Shown here: positions 39,693-53,099 of the stretch, one piece after another
Layout: each line of letters opens with the position of its first letter
Numbering within the stretch: the stretch's first letter is position 1
Assembly (NCBI RefSeq): GCF_036321535.1
Contig: NC_087447.1
Coordinates: forward strand, 40,116,001 to 40,180,000
DNA: 64,000 nucleotides
From: Camelus dromedarius
Taxonomy: Eukaryota
Direction of reading: 5' to 3'
Notes under the pieces: model-generated
What the model saw: the letters and a program-made list of their open reading frames with translations, nothing else
The model's database searches: none
Told to the model about the DNA's origin: nothing
Translations under genes and position numbers: made by a program

Positions 39693-39799
39693 TCGTGGAG
39701 TCCTCTTCCTTGGAAATGTGAGGTTGAGATAGTTATGAGAAATGGATGACTTGGACAAGCTGAGGTCAGCATTTTCTCCACAGATTTTGCGCCAAGAAT
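39693..39799 (-). CDS. MICAL2: MICAL2 exon ([36 protein letters not shown]), 107 nt; absent from ORF track
   Basis: Read manually; cag/GTAAGT; phase 1 to 0; first basic cluster of the bipartite NLS. Confidence 0.93.
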
Positions 39800-40189
39800 C
39801 TGTTAGGAAATAAAAGATGAGATTTGGATCCTGCCACTGCTCCCCCAGGGCTCAAGGGGTGTCACTGAGACAGGGTTCCTGCAAAACAATCCCTTCACCC
39901 CCAACTAAGGCTGTAAGTGAACTGTGTAGGGGGCTGACGCCACTCTGTCAGTGACCTTCCAGTGACAAGTGCAGACGTAGACCAGCCCCAGGTGGCACCT
40001 GCCACATAGACCCACTTACACACACAGGTCTGAGTGGGTGGGGTCCACCTCTCTTTAGCTTCAAGGTCAAAGGGAGGGCATGGGTCAGCCCCGGAACAGA
40101 GGACAACAGTGTGAAGAGCAAGCAGTCACAGGCATGGAGGAGAGATGGTTCAAGAACTGGCAAAGCCTCGTCCCAAAGCAGGTCCTTAC

Positions 40190-40389
40190 CCACAGGTCTC
40201 AGCGGGGCGCCCCGGAAGAGCTCATAGAACTTGGAGAGGTACATGACCATGCTGAGCTTGTCGGGCTCCTGGGCCAACGCCATCTCTTTGCCCGTGGTCA
40301 TTGGGGGGATGCCAAACTCACGCTCGGCCACGTCAAAGGCCAGCTGGTTGTTCTCCACAGCATCATCTTCATTCAAAGAGTCAAAGTTG
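40190..40389 (-). CDS. MICAL2: MICAL2 exon, CH domain C-half ([27 protein letters not shown]...PLRPV), 200 nt
   Basis: CH motifs [12 protein letters not shown] and [11 protein letters not shown]; cag/GTAAG; phase 2 to 1. Confidence 0.96.
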
Positions 40390-41449
40390 CTGGGGAATCA
40401 AAGCAAGGTGAAGTTCAGGGAGAGGACACAGAGGTGTGAAGAGCTGAGCAAGTTTAGCCATAAAGGAGGACTGCAGCTCATACTGCCAGGGGTTGTGGTG
40501 CGGGGAGGGGCAAGGAGCGGTGACCCCAGCCCCTGCTCCAGTCCTTCCCTGACCACCACCAGCCCTCGGGGGCTCGTCCAGAAGATGCTGACCCTGTCCT
40601 CATGCAGGGTGGGACCAAATCAGAAAATGATTGGAAAACTTATGAACTACTTTATTTTTAAATAGTTCCCCTATGTTCTTTCCCTTTTAATTGCAAAAGT
40701 AACATGGACTTCTTGTAAGTAAAAGAATCAAGTTATAGGTAACATACAAAGCAACGAGCGAGAGCCCCCTCCCCATCTCAAGGCAATCTCACTCCCTGAA
40801 GGTACCAACTGATAACCTTTACTAGGTTTCTATTCAGCCTTTTGGACGAATTTGCTCATGGGTATGAGGTTACACTGAAGTTCATTTAAACATAACATAG
40901 ATGTCGTGTGCTTTCAACATCACAATCTGTTTCCACAAACATAATCCAAACTTCCTAGTGACCCTGCTGTTATTCTCAATTTATAGATGAAGAAGCAAAC
41001 ACAGAGAGGATAAGTGGCTTGCCCAGTGGTACACAGCTAATGGATCTGGGGCTCAAATCTAACTCTTTTAGCTGTAAAATCCTCAAACTGGTCCCCAGAA
41101 TTAGGTCTTGACCTTAAGTCCTCTCTGAAGGGTAGAGCTCCAGGGGGTGAACGCTCAAATTTTCCAAGTGTGGTATGAAGGCAGTCTGCGGGGAATGAGT
41201 GCAATCAGTCGCTGGGCCTGAGCCACTTCTGCGCCTCACATAAGGAACACAGATCAAACAAGTTGCTGGCAGAGTAATCAGCGCAAAGGGAAAACAGCTG
41301 AAGAAAAAACTCAAATTGGAAATATGCAAAGAGAAATACTGAACCAAGTCCTGCAGGCCCTACATCTAGAACCGCCCTGGTCTCCTTTGTCTCCAGGGTC
41401 CCCTTGGGCCGTGAGGGGCTCAGCAGGTCTGGCTGGGCCTCAGACTCAC

Positions 41450-41597
41450 ATCAGTTCGGGCCGAAAGCGGTGGATGATGGCACACAAGGCCAGGCCACTC
41501 CTCCAGGATGTGGTCAGGTCAGTGACGTTGACATGCTGGTAGCCCTCGGTCTGCTGCTGGCACCAGGTTAAGAGCTTGCTGGGCCGGATGTCTGACT
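41450..41597 (-). CDS. MICAL2: MICAL2 exon, CH domain N-half ([20 protein letters not shown]...HRFRPEL), 148 nt
   Basis: CH motifs LLTWCQ and [13 protein letters not shown]; cag/GTGAGT; phase 1 to 2. Confidence 0.96.
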
Positions 41598-42691
41598 CTG
41601 CAGCAGGAGACAATGGTGAAGCAATCCAGGGAAATCTCAGCAGCTCCCGCTGGGGAACCCCTGATGGCCACCATGAGTGGGGACCAAAAGGAACAGCACT
41701 GAGGCGAGGGGCCATGGGCACAGGTGTAGCCCCCGCCCTGACGAGAACATGGCAGGAGGGCAGGGTGCTGGGACAGGAAGCACGCTCTCCTGCAGTAAAG
41801 AGGCCCTACGACCCCCTCAGGCCAGGTCCCAGTAGAGGCTAGGAACATAGAGGTGAGGATGATGTGGTCTCTGCCAACAGCATGCTTATCCTATGGGGAA
41901 GACAGATGTGGAAGTGGGTGACGATGGAGAAACTGGGTGCTGGGGGGGCACATGAGTGGGTTTGCCAGGGCAGGGGAACTTGCCCAGGAGTCATGGAGGA
42001 GGTACATCGAGCTGCTTCTAGAAGAGTGTCTAGGAACTCATCAGCCAGAAAGGACTGTGCCGTGGAAAAAAAATCTAGAAAAACCTGCCGTTTTATGTGA
42101 CGTGGTTTATTACAGGGCTGGCAGCAGTGGGGCACATGGGTGTGAAGGGAAGGGCAGAGTGGCTGGTGAGGCTGTTTGTCCAGCGTCGGGCAAGACGCAA
42201 GGTCTGGGCAGGCACCGGAAGCCAGAGACATCTTTAAGCGGTATGGTGACTTGAGTGCAGCTGGATGGATGCTGGGAAGTTAGTCATTTAATTATCTCTT
42301 CCCTCCACCACTGAGCACCAGCCCCGTGCCTGGCCCTGCACCAGGCCCTGGAAGATCAGGAAAAGAGGGAAGCACATGGAGCTTGTTACCTAGCTGGGGA
42401 GGCAAGACCCCCATACTAGAAACAACAGGAAAAGAAAAGCAAGTTCCGGGGAAGTCATTCCAGTTCACTTTATGTGCCAAGCACTTGCCTTTAATCCACA
42501 CAATGATCTTACGGTTGATATTGTCCTTGTCCCGGTTTTACAGATGAGGAAACTGAATTACAGAGAGAAGCACCTGGCTAACGTCACACAGGTCACTGGA
42601 GTAGAGCCAGGTTGGCTGCAGGGCCTGTGCCCTGCCAGCCACCCAGCAGGCCTCCTCCCTGCAAAGCTGGGGCCCCAGAAGGTCCACTTAC

Positions 42692-42782
42692 CCCGCCTGG
42701 AGAGGCCGACGGATCTCCTGACCGAGCCCAGCCTCTCAAGAGGACCCTGGAGCAGCTCCTTAGTGATGTACAAGTGCTTCAC
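42692..42782 (-). CDS. MICAL2: MICAL2 exon ([30 protein letters not shown]), 91 nt
   Basis: tag acceptor, G|GTAAGT donor; phase 0 to 1. Confidence 0.94.
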
Positions 42783-43436
42783 CTAGGAGCGAGAGAGACC
42801 ACACAGCTGCCCGTCAGTCTGTCCCCAAATCCTAGTTGCAGGGTCTCTGAACCCATTCGACCCTCTCATCAACTTGGCCACTCTTTTCCTCTCTCGCTAG
42901 AGGGCATGACCTTCAGCAAGGGAAGCCAGGCCACTTAAGACAGAGCTACAGATCTCAGTTAACCACCCAAATGTGGGGTAACTCAAGTGTAAGTATACTT
43001 AATTGGCTGATTTTTAAAATTCACACTATTCTTTGTGTTATTGACCGAAGAGTTTGGAGGTTGTATGGCTCTAAGACAATGTGAGAAAAAACAGACTCTA
43101 GGACTTTGGACAGAAGGGACTAGATATTTGATCAAGTAGATTATTTGAGAGAGAGACACTCAGCAACCCACGTGCTTGGTGGCAAATAACCATATGTAAA
43201 TACATGTATGTATGTGGACAGACACTTGCACGTGTTCTAGTTTTCTCCTGTGGGCTAGAGAGATGCTGGCTCTACTGTACTCGGCGGCCTTCCTAGAGAG
43301 AGGAACTTGTTTGACCTTTGGGCCAAGAGGCATTAGTGGCCTCGGTCCTACGGATGTGCCAAGATTTTAGGTGACCTCCCCCTTTCCCACCACTCAGCAC
43401 ACAGTGACCCAGACAGGACTCCAGGAAAGGCTTTAC

Positions 43437-43563
43437 CTGATGGGGCCTGACACAGTTGGAGTTGAGGTTTGGGTACCGCGTCCCCGGATCCAACGTGTAC
43501 TGCTCAAAGTTCTTGTTGATGTTCTCTGGGGTCGTCTGAGGTAACAGCCGGTAAAGACTCTCC
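43437..43563 (-). CDS. MICAL2: MICAL2 exon ([43 protein letters not shown]), 127 nt
   Basis: End of monooxygenase domain; cag/GTAAAG; phase 2 to 0. Confidence 0.95.
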
Positions 43564-44428
43564 CTGGAGAGAGGCAGAGCCCAGGGTCAAGGATTGCTCT
43601 TGCAGCCTGGGGCCTTCGTCCCCACCCTTCCCCTCCACCTCCCTCCCCCTGCTTTCCAGCGCTTCTTAGCTGTGTTTGCATAGCCCTTCCCAGCAGGAAC
43701 CTGACCCAACCCTGGCCCTCCTGGTTCTTGATATCTGCAAAGTGAGGGAGGGTTAATAGGGCCGAGAGGGAGCAGGAGGGGGCCTGGGAGGCAGTGATGC
43801 TGGCCTCCTCCCCTGGGCAGAGGGCAGGGACTCAGAGCTGACAGCCCAGTGACCTGTGGTTTTCCAAGAACCACCACTCAGCCACGCTCCCTCCTGTGGC
43901 TGGTCCCCCATGCCCGCAGGTCTCCACACCCAAGACCAGCAGCGGCCTGTCCCCACCCACCAGCCCTGATTTCTCCTGATCCACCAGCTGTCACAGCCAC
44001 GTGGCCAGCAGCAGGGGTCTGGGAAGAAGCCCAGGATCTCAGCAGCAGAAGAGGCCTGGGAGGTCAGAGCACCCAGTTCCCAACAGGGTGGGACTCAGCG
44101 CTGCAATGGATGGTTCCCCTAAACCTCCTCTGGCATTTTGGTGTCTCAGCAGTGCCAAGAACCCCAGCTTCAGGGCTGCCCTGGATAAAGATTTCTCTTT
44201 AGCATCCAGGGTTTAAGGGCCTGGCACCCAGGGAAAGTCACTGAAGGACGTAGATCATGGTGGAGAAAGTTTCCCTGGGGACCCTAATGATCAAATTAGG
44301 CCACAGATGGCAAGGCAGATGAGAGGGGAAGGGGACAGAGGCTCCAGGTTCCTCCAGCCTCGCTCCTCTCCTGCCTGAGTTTTGACCCAGCCCGGTGCCT
44401 AGCCAGGGGTCCTGCTCCCAATACCCAC

Positions 44429-44544
44429 CTTTCAGCCAGCAGCTCCAGGGGAGGAGTGCCCTGGTCCCAGCTTTTCACCATCCATGCTGTATCAAAGGCT
44501 GCCAAGAAGCCACGGGCACAGCCTGTGCCCATGGGCCAGAAAGG
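44429..44544 (-). CDS. MICAL2: MICAL2 exon ([38 protein letters not shown]), 116 nt
   Basis: MICAL PFWPxGTG motif; cag/GT; phase 0 to 2. Confidence 0.96.
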
Positions 44545-45704
44545 CTGCAAAAGGAAATGTGCAAAGTTCCAGCTGATTCCAGTGATTCCCAGCCTGCCAT
44601 CCCATTCTATCCAGTATTTAGTGATTGCCAGGCCCATGTGAGGCACTGGGGGGACAGAAAGGTGACAGGGCAGTCAACTAGGATTCACCACAAATACAAG
44701 TAGCTGGAACACAAAGTCCTCTGCAAGGGTGCGGTAACACAGGATCAACAAAACTGCTTTGGGGGCTCAAAAAGGCAGAGGTGAATTCTCACCCTGGGGA
44801 AGGGAGATAGAAATCAGGGAACGCTTCATAAAAGAGTTGCATTCGTGCTGATTTTAAAGAATGGGCAGGATTCTGATCTCAATCCAATCAGGAACAGTGT
44901 AGGCAAAGGCTTGGTGGCAGGACAATGACAGAGCCCGACAGAAGAACAGCCTGTCTGGTTTGGGTGCAGCAGACAGCATGGGAGAAGAGAGAAAGCTGGG
45001 AAGGAGGAATGGGACAGGAGCAGAGGGGATGCCGAGGGCTTAAGCAAGGAGTTTGGGTTATAGTCTACACACAGGGGTAAGCAAGGATTGATTCACTAAG
45101 CTAAGTTCTAACCAAACTGTTCCAGGGCAGCTGGAGCATGGTTTGAAATTTGATGCTAACTTGGGGTAAGCACATAAACATTTTTTGGTCAGCACTTACA
45201 TTAAGATAAAAATGTATCCCTTCTGAAAGCACTCGTTTAATCTAAGAATCCTAGCATCTGCAGATTTTCTGGGAAGAATTTTGAGCAGGCAGGCCATGGA
45301 CACAAACTGGACTTTGGGGCCCACACTCCTTTCTTGCTCCTGTACAGTCTCAGTGCTGAAAGGCTGCTGAGATCCACCCACATGAGGGAGAAGTGTCGGC
45401 CCAGCTGAGAACTGACAGGGGAAGGATGGCCCATGAAGTCCAGACCAGGGCCGCTCAATTTTGCACTTCAACTGAGAAATCAGCCTAGAAGAACCCAGAG
45501 GGGCAAGAGAAAGCTCTTCTGCCTGAACACAGGCAGCCAATGGCTCCTCTGAAATGAGTCAAAGGGCAGGACGGGCTCAGTAGAGTCCTGCCAGTTAGCT
45601 GAGAGCCTTCCCTCCCTGGGGCTACAGGACAGCAGATGCTATCAAAACATTAATAGGGGATCTGTCTTCCAACAGGAATGAGGGGCTCCCAACACAGGTA
45701 GTAC

Positions 45705-45962
45705 CTCAAGCAAGCTGTCGCCCACCAGGGCCACCAGCAGCTGGTGCGACTGTCGCTCGCGCACCAGGGCCGCGTTCTCAGAGGCGTACATAGAGGTGAA
45801 GTCGAACATAGCCACATCGGGCTGTCCATAATGGTTCATGGCGAAGTCTAAAGATGGCAGCTGGTAATTGGTGGCAAAGTCTGCGGCTTCACGTGCGTAG
45901 GAAAGCAGGTTGTCCTGGTTCACGTTCTCTGCACACAGCAGCATCTCTGTGTCGATGTAGTC
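45705..45962 (-). CDS. MICAL2: MICAL2 exon (DYIDTEMLL...ALVGDSLLE), 258 nt
   Basis: Flavoprotein GD motif; cag/GT; phase 0 to 0. Confidence 0.96.
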
Positions 45963-46864
45963 CTGGGGGAAAGAACAAGAGCACAGTATAGCAACCTGAC
46001 CCTTGAAAAGGCAAGGATTCATACTACTTCTTTGCAAAGGACTTGGAATGGGTTTGCAGTGAGGCCAATCAAAACAGAAATAGAAAATCCAGGCCAAGGG
46101 AATAAAGAGGAACCAAATCAACCATCTGTGAACATTAACAGTTGTGATTAAGTATCGAATTTGGCTTTGAGCTTCCTGGCATCCAAGGCAAAAGGGAAAT
46201 GTGATATATTACAGGGCTTTCCTTATCAGAAAGAAGGAAGCATAGAAATTCCTAGGGAAGGCAATGTTTTCCTGGCACTAAATTCTAAGAGAACTGTCTG
46301 ACATAGGAATTTTGACAGAGAACATTGTGTTGTAATGAACCGTGTACTCAATAATGGTCCTGCAGCAAATATGGAAGCATATTTCATATGGCTGGTTCTT
46401 TTGATAACTTTCAATAAAGGGCAAAAGAGCAAGTGAGTAAGAGTGATTTTATAATGGACTAGGCTAAGCTAATGTGGTCCAGAAATCCTGTGGTTAGTGG
46501 TCAAACAAATCCATAAAAGAAAAGGGTACTTCGCATAACTCTCAGACTTGCTCTGCACCATCGGTTACCCCTTTTCTCGACAGGCTGAGGGCTCTGAGGG
46601 GCCCTGCCTTGCTCTTAAAGTGTTAATTGGTCTATCTCCCTGCTGGGAGGTAGAGAACACTGTGCTTAGGACTAGGGTATCCACCCTGGAGGGACACTGG
46701 CAATGAACTACAGGATGTCTTGCAGAGTCAAATCTGCTCCTCGTGTGGCTACAGAAACGAAAACTTTTCCCAAAAGATGAAAGTGCATATCCCTTGGGGC
46801 AGGGGTAGGGGAAGGCAGGGACCTGACTGTAAGACCAACACAGGCCTGGGGGTCATTGAGATCA

Positions 46865-47075
46865 ACAGGTCAAATTCCATCTCTGTTTACTGATTGTGTA
46901 AATTTGGGCAAGTTATTGAACTTCTCTGAGTTTCCGTATTCTCATCTGTAAACTTTGAATCTATAAATGAGAATAACAAAATCTACTCCACGGAGCCACG
47001 TGAGGATTGAATGAGACCGTGTACGTGGACTTCCTAGCCCAATGCCTGGGCAGTGGGAAGTGCTTGATGAATGGG
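46865..47075 (+). mobile_element. MIR SINE
   Basis: ttgggcaagttattgaacttctctgag...ctcatctgtaaa...gtgaggattgaatgaga. Confidence 0.8.
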
Positions 47076-49113
47076 AATTCCTGTCCCTGATAAATCATGA
47101 TGACACAAGTCACAGCATCTGGTGAGGTGCACCCTGGACCCACCCAAGGCAGCAGCAAGAGTATTTACAAAGGTCTGAGAAGGCGCAGTCTCATTTACAA
47201 ACAGTGCCCTACCGTGTCAATTTTCCCAATAGCCGTGATTTCCCCAAAATTCTAATATTTCCACATCCAAACCATGTTACCTAAACTGAGCCCAGCATGG
47301 GCCAGAGAGCCCTTTGTCAGGTCATGGCACTCAGGGTAGAGCTCCAGTTATTCACTTCCCTTTCTCATTCCTGTTCTTAGATGACATGATCACCCCCTCC
47401 CTAAAGGTGCCGAAAAGTGAAAAATACCCCCTCTCCAAAATATGCCACAAGCACCCCTGCCGAGGACCGGGTGATGGATGAGTGTGGACACTGTGCAGTG
47501 AAGGTGGCACCCAGTGCTGATGTCACACACAGAATGTGAAGACCTGGCCAAGGGGCAGACCCCCAGGCTGCGCCATGACACAGAGCCTGCCACGGGAGCA
47601 TAGAGGGGCTCCGATAACTGCCAAGGAGTCGGGTCACCATGAGCAACATTGAGTGGCCTGGACAAACACCCTGGGATGATCTGGGGGAAGCTTCATGTCT
47701 CAGAAGGCTGGAGTCCTCAGCCAGTGAAATAGGAACCCCAAGTCAAACTCAGTGTGAATCCCCAGGGTGGGCTAACAAGAGCCTCCCCAGTCCCTCCTCT
47801 GCAAAGGTACCCCCTATGCCTGCACCCTGGACCCCAACAGTCCTTCACTCTCTGGCACAGGCATCCCAGCAGGGCAGGTAACTTCAGGAGGGACCACCTG
47901 TAGAGCAGAGGGAAAAAGGGGACACAGCCTCACCTCCCCCAGGCCAGGTTAGCAGTGGGGCACCAGATGCTGAACACCCACTGCACACACATCTGCTGAC
48001 TATGCTCAGCTGGTTTTATCCAACCTCACCCACCCACCCACCCCAGCCTCCTGTCCGGCAACTCAGCTCTCAGTAAAGCCCTGAGCTGATGTGGAGGAGG
48101 CCCAGGGGAGGGCTAGGTTACTAATGCCATCCAGCCGGCTGCAGGCACAAGCTGGTGAGAGTGCAGGCACATTCTCTGACAAGCAGCAATGAATGGTCAC
48201 TGTGCTCCCTGGGCCACAGGCTGACACCCGGAGAGTAGGCTAACCTCGGACTGCACGATCCTTATCTTGAGGCTACAGCAGCAGTGGTGGCAGAAACAGG
48301 GGGAGGGCTCTGGAAGGGTTGAAACCCGACCAAAGAAGCTTCCAGCCCTGGCCCCACCACTCCATGTGCTCCTTCCTTGCCACCCTGCTCTCTGTTGAAG
48401 CAGGAAGGTGCAAAGGCAGGAAGCCAGCAGGACCGAAAAAAAAAAAGCAGGTGTCCAAACCAGGCAGAGGAGTCATGGAGGGACTCTGCAAGCCAAGCGC
48501 TCTGTATATGTTTTAAAATTTATTCCTCTGAATAACCCTTTCAGACAGAAACTATTATTACTATTCTACAGACAAGACAACTGAGGTTTAGAAGAGGCAA
48601 GCAGCTTAGTCACAGTCCTGAGTTAATACATGGCAGAGCCAAGACTCAGTTTGAGTCTGGCTGCAGTAGAGTTCTCCCCCATACCATGACAAGCGGCTGC
48701 AGGGTGACAGCCGCAAGTGAAAGTGCCCGAGGTCCACTAGGATAAGGAACCCCCATCTAACTCCAAACGATGTGTGACCTCGCAGAAAAGGAGGCAGGGA
48801 TAAATGAGACACTCGGAAGGAGAAGCTTCAGCTGATCTCTCAGTGGTTAAGACCCACACGAACAGCCAGGGAAGAATCTCAGCATCCTCACCCCAGTTCT
48901 CCGCAGAAACAGCTTTGCCTATATCGTCAGTGTGGGCTCCTCCACCCAACACTCATGCACCACTAAGGAGAAGGAAGTGGTGGGTGGTCCCTTCCCTCTT
49001 CTCTCCTTGCTCAGCCTCTGACAGGATAACGTCTGCTCGCACACTCACTGATGCTGCCAGCCCAGGTCACAGAGGGAAGGACAGTCTGGACGTCACAGCC
49101 AAGAGATACGTAC

Positions 49114-49214
49114 ATTAATGATGACACCCTTGTCGAGCAGGCTCTGCTTCTTGGCGGTCATGACAAAATAGTGGGTGCAGTCCTTGTAGTAAACAATGTT
49201 CTCAAGATCAATCC
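49114..49214 (-). CDS. MICAL2: MICAL2 exon ([34 protein letters not shown]), 101 nt; absent from ORF track
   Basis: Read manually; cag acceptor, GTACGT donor; phase 1 to 0. Confidence 0.95.
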
Positions 49215-49913
49215 CTGAAAAGAGAAGGTTCATCGTCTCAGTATTACTTCCTCAGCGCCTACTGTGTCAGGAGCCCTGCTTTGCCTCATTTCAGGTCTCA
49301 CTATTTACCTGCAAAATATTTGTGTTGGGTCAGCTTTTAAGACATACAAGGCTGGCGAGATATAATCAAGTGCCAGAATTTACCCAGTTAGCTCTGAAGT
49401 TCCACAAAGATACTATTTCTTTTTGTTGTTGTTGCTAACTGAACAATAACACTGTGTAAGTCCCAAGGCGGACAACATGTTGATGTGATACATTTCTATA
49501 CTGCAATAAGATTAAGCCACTCTTCCTTTTAAAACTCATAAAGCCCTTCAGGGCTGTGGACCAGCATTACAAGTCAGAGCTGAGTGTGTGCTGCAGGAAG
49601 ACACAGTGCTGTCCGTGGCATGGCAGCTAACTGACGACAGAACCAGGATTTGCACCCTAGCCCGTCTGATTCTGAGTCCCAGCCACAGTGCCCTCCATGT
49701 GGCCAGAGATGCAAAGAGCTATGTGAATTCTCCAAAGGCTGCTCAGGGATATTTCTACCATGCCCCTGCTGTGTGTGAAAACCCAGGAGCCCTGGTAGGA
49801 ATGACTCAATTAGAGGACTGGGTTGTATCTTTTTGCACTCTCAACCAATTACAAAACACTTTATAGACTAGGTTTCTGCATTTAAAACAATGCTGTGAGA
49901 TGATAGCTTAGAT

Positions 49914-50092
49914 CAGTGTTTCTCAAAGTGGGATCCCCAGCCAGCTGCAGCAGCATCCCCTGAGAACTTATGAGAAACGCAAATGACTGTGGCTCAACCC
50001 CAGACCTACTGAATGGGAAACTCTGGGGGCCCGGTCAGCTTGAACAGGTCTTACAGGTGATTCTGATTCATGCTTAACTTTGAGAACCCCTG
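49914..50092. mobile_element. MER5A-like hAT MITE
   Basis: TIRs cagtgtttctcaaagt / actttgagaacccctg; internal ccccagacctactgaat. Confidence 0.85.
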
Positions 50093-50661
50093 ACTTTGCT
50101 TCTTTGAGGGGAGAGAAAGGAACAGATGCAAGGCAACTTATCAGCAGTTATCACAGTGTGGAGCAGGGTAACCATGGAAACTCCTTTATTACTGTTAAAT
50201 AGGAAACAGCCATCAATGAAGAGGGCCTCCCCAGAGGATCCGAGGAAATTCCTCACTGTCACTCTGTGAGGGGCACTGTTGTCAAACAATGGCCAAAGGT
50301 GACCATCACAGCAAAGTGTAAAGGAAGCTCATTGAAACATCTGGAAAAACACATTAAACGTCCTGTCATAATTTACATTTGGTGGTTTACTTAAGTGTTT
50401 AGTTTTTTGGCTTTTGAGGGGTTCAGAGGGTTGGAGAATTCCTAAATCATTCAAAAGGACATAATATGCAGGAAGGAAATACTTCATATATACAAATAAT
50501 AATGCCACTGTGGTGACACTCAGAGGGTCATGCAGTGGACACATCGCTGTGGCGTCAGAGGCAGAGTCTGGCTCAGCAACTAATCTTCAAAAACTATCTT
50601 ACAGAAATAATCCAACAGAAGCAGTTTTATCAGTAACAGTAAATAACTGAAAAGTTTAAAT

Positions 50662-50998
50662 CAGAGGGCCACAAACTTTTTCTGTAAACGGTCACAGAAT
50701 GAATATTTTGGGATTTGTGAGCCATCCGCTCTGTGTCACAAGCATTCATGGTGGGGCAGCCACAGGCAGCGAGGTAAACAGACCAGTATGGCTGTCTCCC
50801 AAGCAACCTTTACTTATAGACATTGGAATGTGAATTTCATAGAATTTTCAATTTGTCACAAAAATTTCTTCTTCTGATTTTTCTGCAGCCGTTCCAAAAT
50901 ATTAAAACTATTCTTAGCTTGGGGGAGGGTATAGCTCAGTAGTCGAGCACATGCTTAGTATGCACAAGGTCCTGGGTTCTATCCCCAGTACCTCCATA

Positions 50999-51043
<45 letters not shown>

Positions 51044-51132
51044 AACAAACAAAAAAACCTCAAACCATTGTTAACATCTTACCTTGAAGGCAACACAAAA
51101 AGCACATAGCAGGTCATGGTTTGCCAACCCCT
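50662..51132. mobile_element. MER58B-like hAT element interrupted by a SINE
   Basis: Starts cagagggccacaaactttttctgtaaa, ends ggtttgccaacccctg. Confidence 0.7.
50921..51057 (+). mobile_element. tRNA-Ala-derived SINE (Vic-1-like) with (CAA)14 tail
   Basis: Same GGGGGAGGGTATAGCT...CACAAGGTCCTGGGTTC head as the 12214 copy; CAA repeat at 51002-51043. Confidence 0.88.
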
Positions 51133-52317
51133 GGCTCCAATGCTTCAGCAGCAACAATACATCCACCTCATGAGCTATTCTGCCAAACCTGACCCCCAGG
51201 AGGACTAGGCAGTATGGACAATATTTATCGTGTGATGCTTAATGAGAAAGGCAGAATAACAGAGTACTGCCCCTATGATGAAAGCTCTAGCCATGTAAAA
51301 AGTAAGGATGCAAGTGGAAAATTACCAAAAAGGACTACGTGAAGATGAGGACTATTCCTGTGGTTAGGTGGTGCTGGGTGCTACTAACTTACCTCTAGTA
51401 TAAAAATTGTATTTAACACTGTTACACTGCCTTTTCAAGGAGAAACATACATTTTAACACCAGGTTAAAAAGAAAGAGGAAAAAAAATCTGAAATGTACT
51501 TAACTCGGAGCAGGAGCTTCATCCTTCTCCCCCCTCACCCTGCTTTAATTTTTTCTCCACTATCCTTATAGACCACCTGACATGTTGGTTATTTGATTAT
51601 TGATGGGTCTCCCTCCCACCAACAGAAAATAAGCTCAGAGAAGGGGTTTGTTTTGCCTACTGCTGTATCTTACGCCCTCAAACATTTGGCACATAGTAGG
51701 TGTTCAATAAATGTTTGTCAAGTAAAGGAATGAACCCCTTCTCTCTTCAAGGCCCACGGGTGGGGGACAGCTGATGCCCCTGGGTGAGTGTCATGTTCCC
51801 CTGGCATTCCTGTACATCCCTTAGGGGAGGGCAGCTGGCACACTGATAAAACACCAATGCTTCTTCAGGGACCACCTAGAAATCACTGGCTCCCTCCCAG
51901 AGCACTCCCTGAACCTCACACTGACCTTGGGCATAGACCAACCGGCCTGCATTAGGATGGTTTATGTGGGTGTCCCTCCCTGGACAAGGAGCCACTATTG
52001 GAAGGGCACTGTGTCAGCCTCGACTTTGTATCCCACAATATTGAGTACTAGCATACAATGGGCCCTCAGCAGATGTCTCCTGATGATAAACGCTTATCTA
52101 GTTTCATGTACAGCATCTAGAACTTTTCCTCCAGAATCCCTCTTGTCCTTGAAGAAATCCTGCCCATCATTAACCTAAAGAGAAATCTCTGCTTCCACTT
52201 TATCACAGTGCGTCTCCCAACCCCAAGAGCTGGGGAAGCCAGCCCTGCCCCCCTCCCCCGGTACACTTTAGAGAAGCATGGACAATAGCCTGGTTTGGAG
52301 AAAGGTGAAGGTCCCAC

Positions 52318-52473
52318 CTGTTTCTTCTTTAAGGTCCTGAAAAAACTTCTGATTGAAGATGAAAGCCACACCACTAATCTCTTCCACCTTGGCCTCAGCT
52401 GTACTGTTTCTGTTTATGAAGTTGGCGGTGATCGCAATAGCCAGCTTCCCACGGAATTCTTTTCTTCTGAACC
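52318..52473 (-). CDS. MICAL2: MICAL2 exon ([19 protein letters not shown]...FFQDLKEET), 156 nt
   Basis: MICAL monooxygenase sequence; cag/GT boundaries; phase 1 to 1. Confidence 0.95.
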
Positions 52474-53099
52474 CTGCATGAGGGAGAGGGGGGAAAAGTG
52501 GGTCTTTCTTCTGGATTTGGTGTGAAAACTGAAAAAGATTACTGAGGAAGCTATTCTCAGATGGCCCACAGGCCACTGAAAGCAGCATGTTGGATCTCTA
52601 GCGAACAGAGGCTGGCAGAAACACTGAGGCTTGTACTTGAGGAGTCAGAGGCACTTCTAAGTCAGTGGGACTTTTTCCTTTTCTAAAATCTGTAGGACCA
52701 ATTGTCCTGGTTAGGCTTCCACAAACAAAAGGCTAAATGTGCTTCTCCAACAGGCAATCACAGGACTCATCTTTTAAAAGATGTGCGAGGCATTGCCACT
52801 AGGTAGCCTCATGGAAGACACACATGCCCTTGAAACTTACACAATTTTTCATGATTTTTTTCCTCTGAAAAGTAGGATTATGAGATCGAAATCCCGAGGA
52901 ACAGGGATTTTAACAAATTTTCTTTCTGCTTCCAGTCCACAGTGATTGGTACTAAGGACACGGTAAATGTATAATGAATAGCTGGAATTCTAACTTGCAG
53001 TTAATTTAGTTCAATGATTCCTCAGGGTTCTTATAGTTTTCAGTGGTTTACATTGAAATCACTTTTAAATGGCAGTAAGAATTATGCACCCAAATACAA

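Noticed and set aside
46518..46576. 11-bp inverted repeat (agaaaagggta / tacccttttct) as a pre-miRNA
   Set aside because: The 37-nt interior does not pair, so the stem is too short
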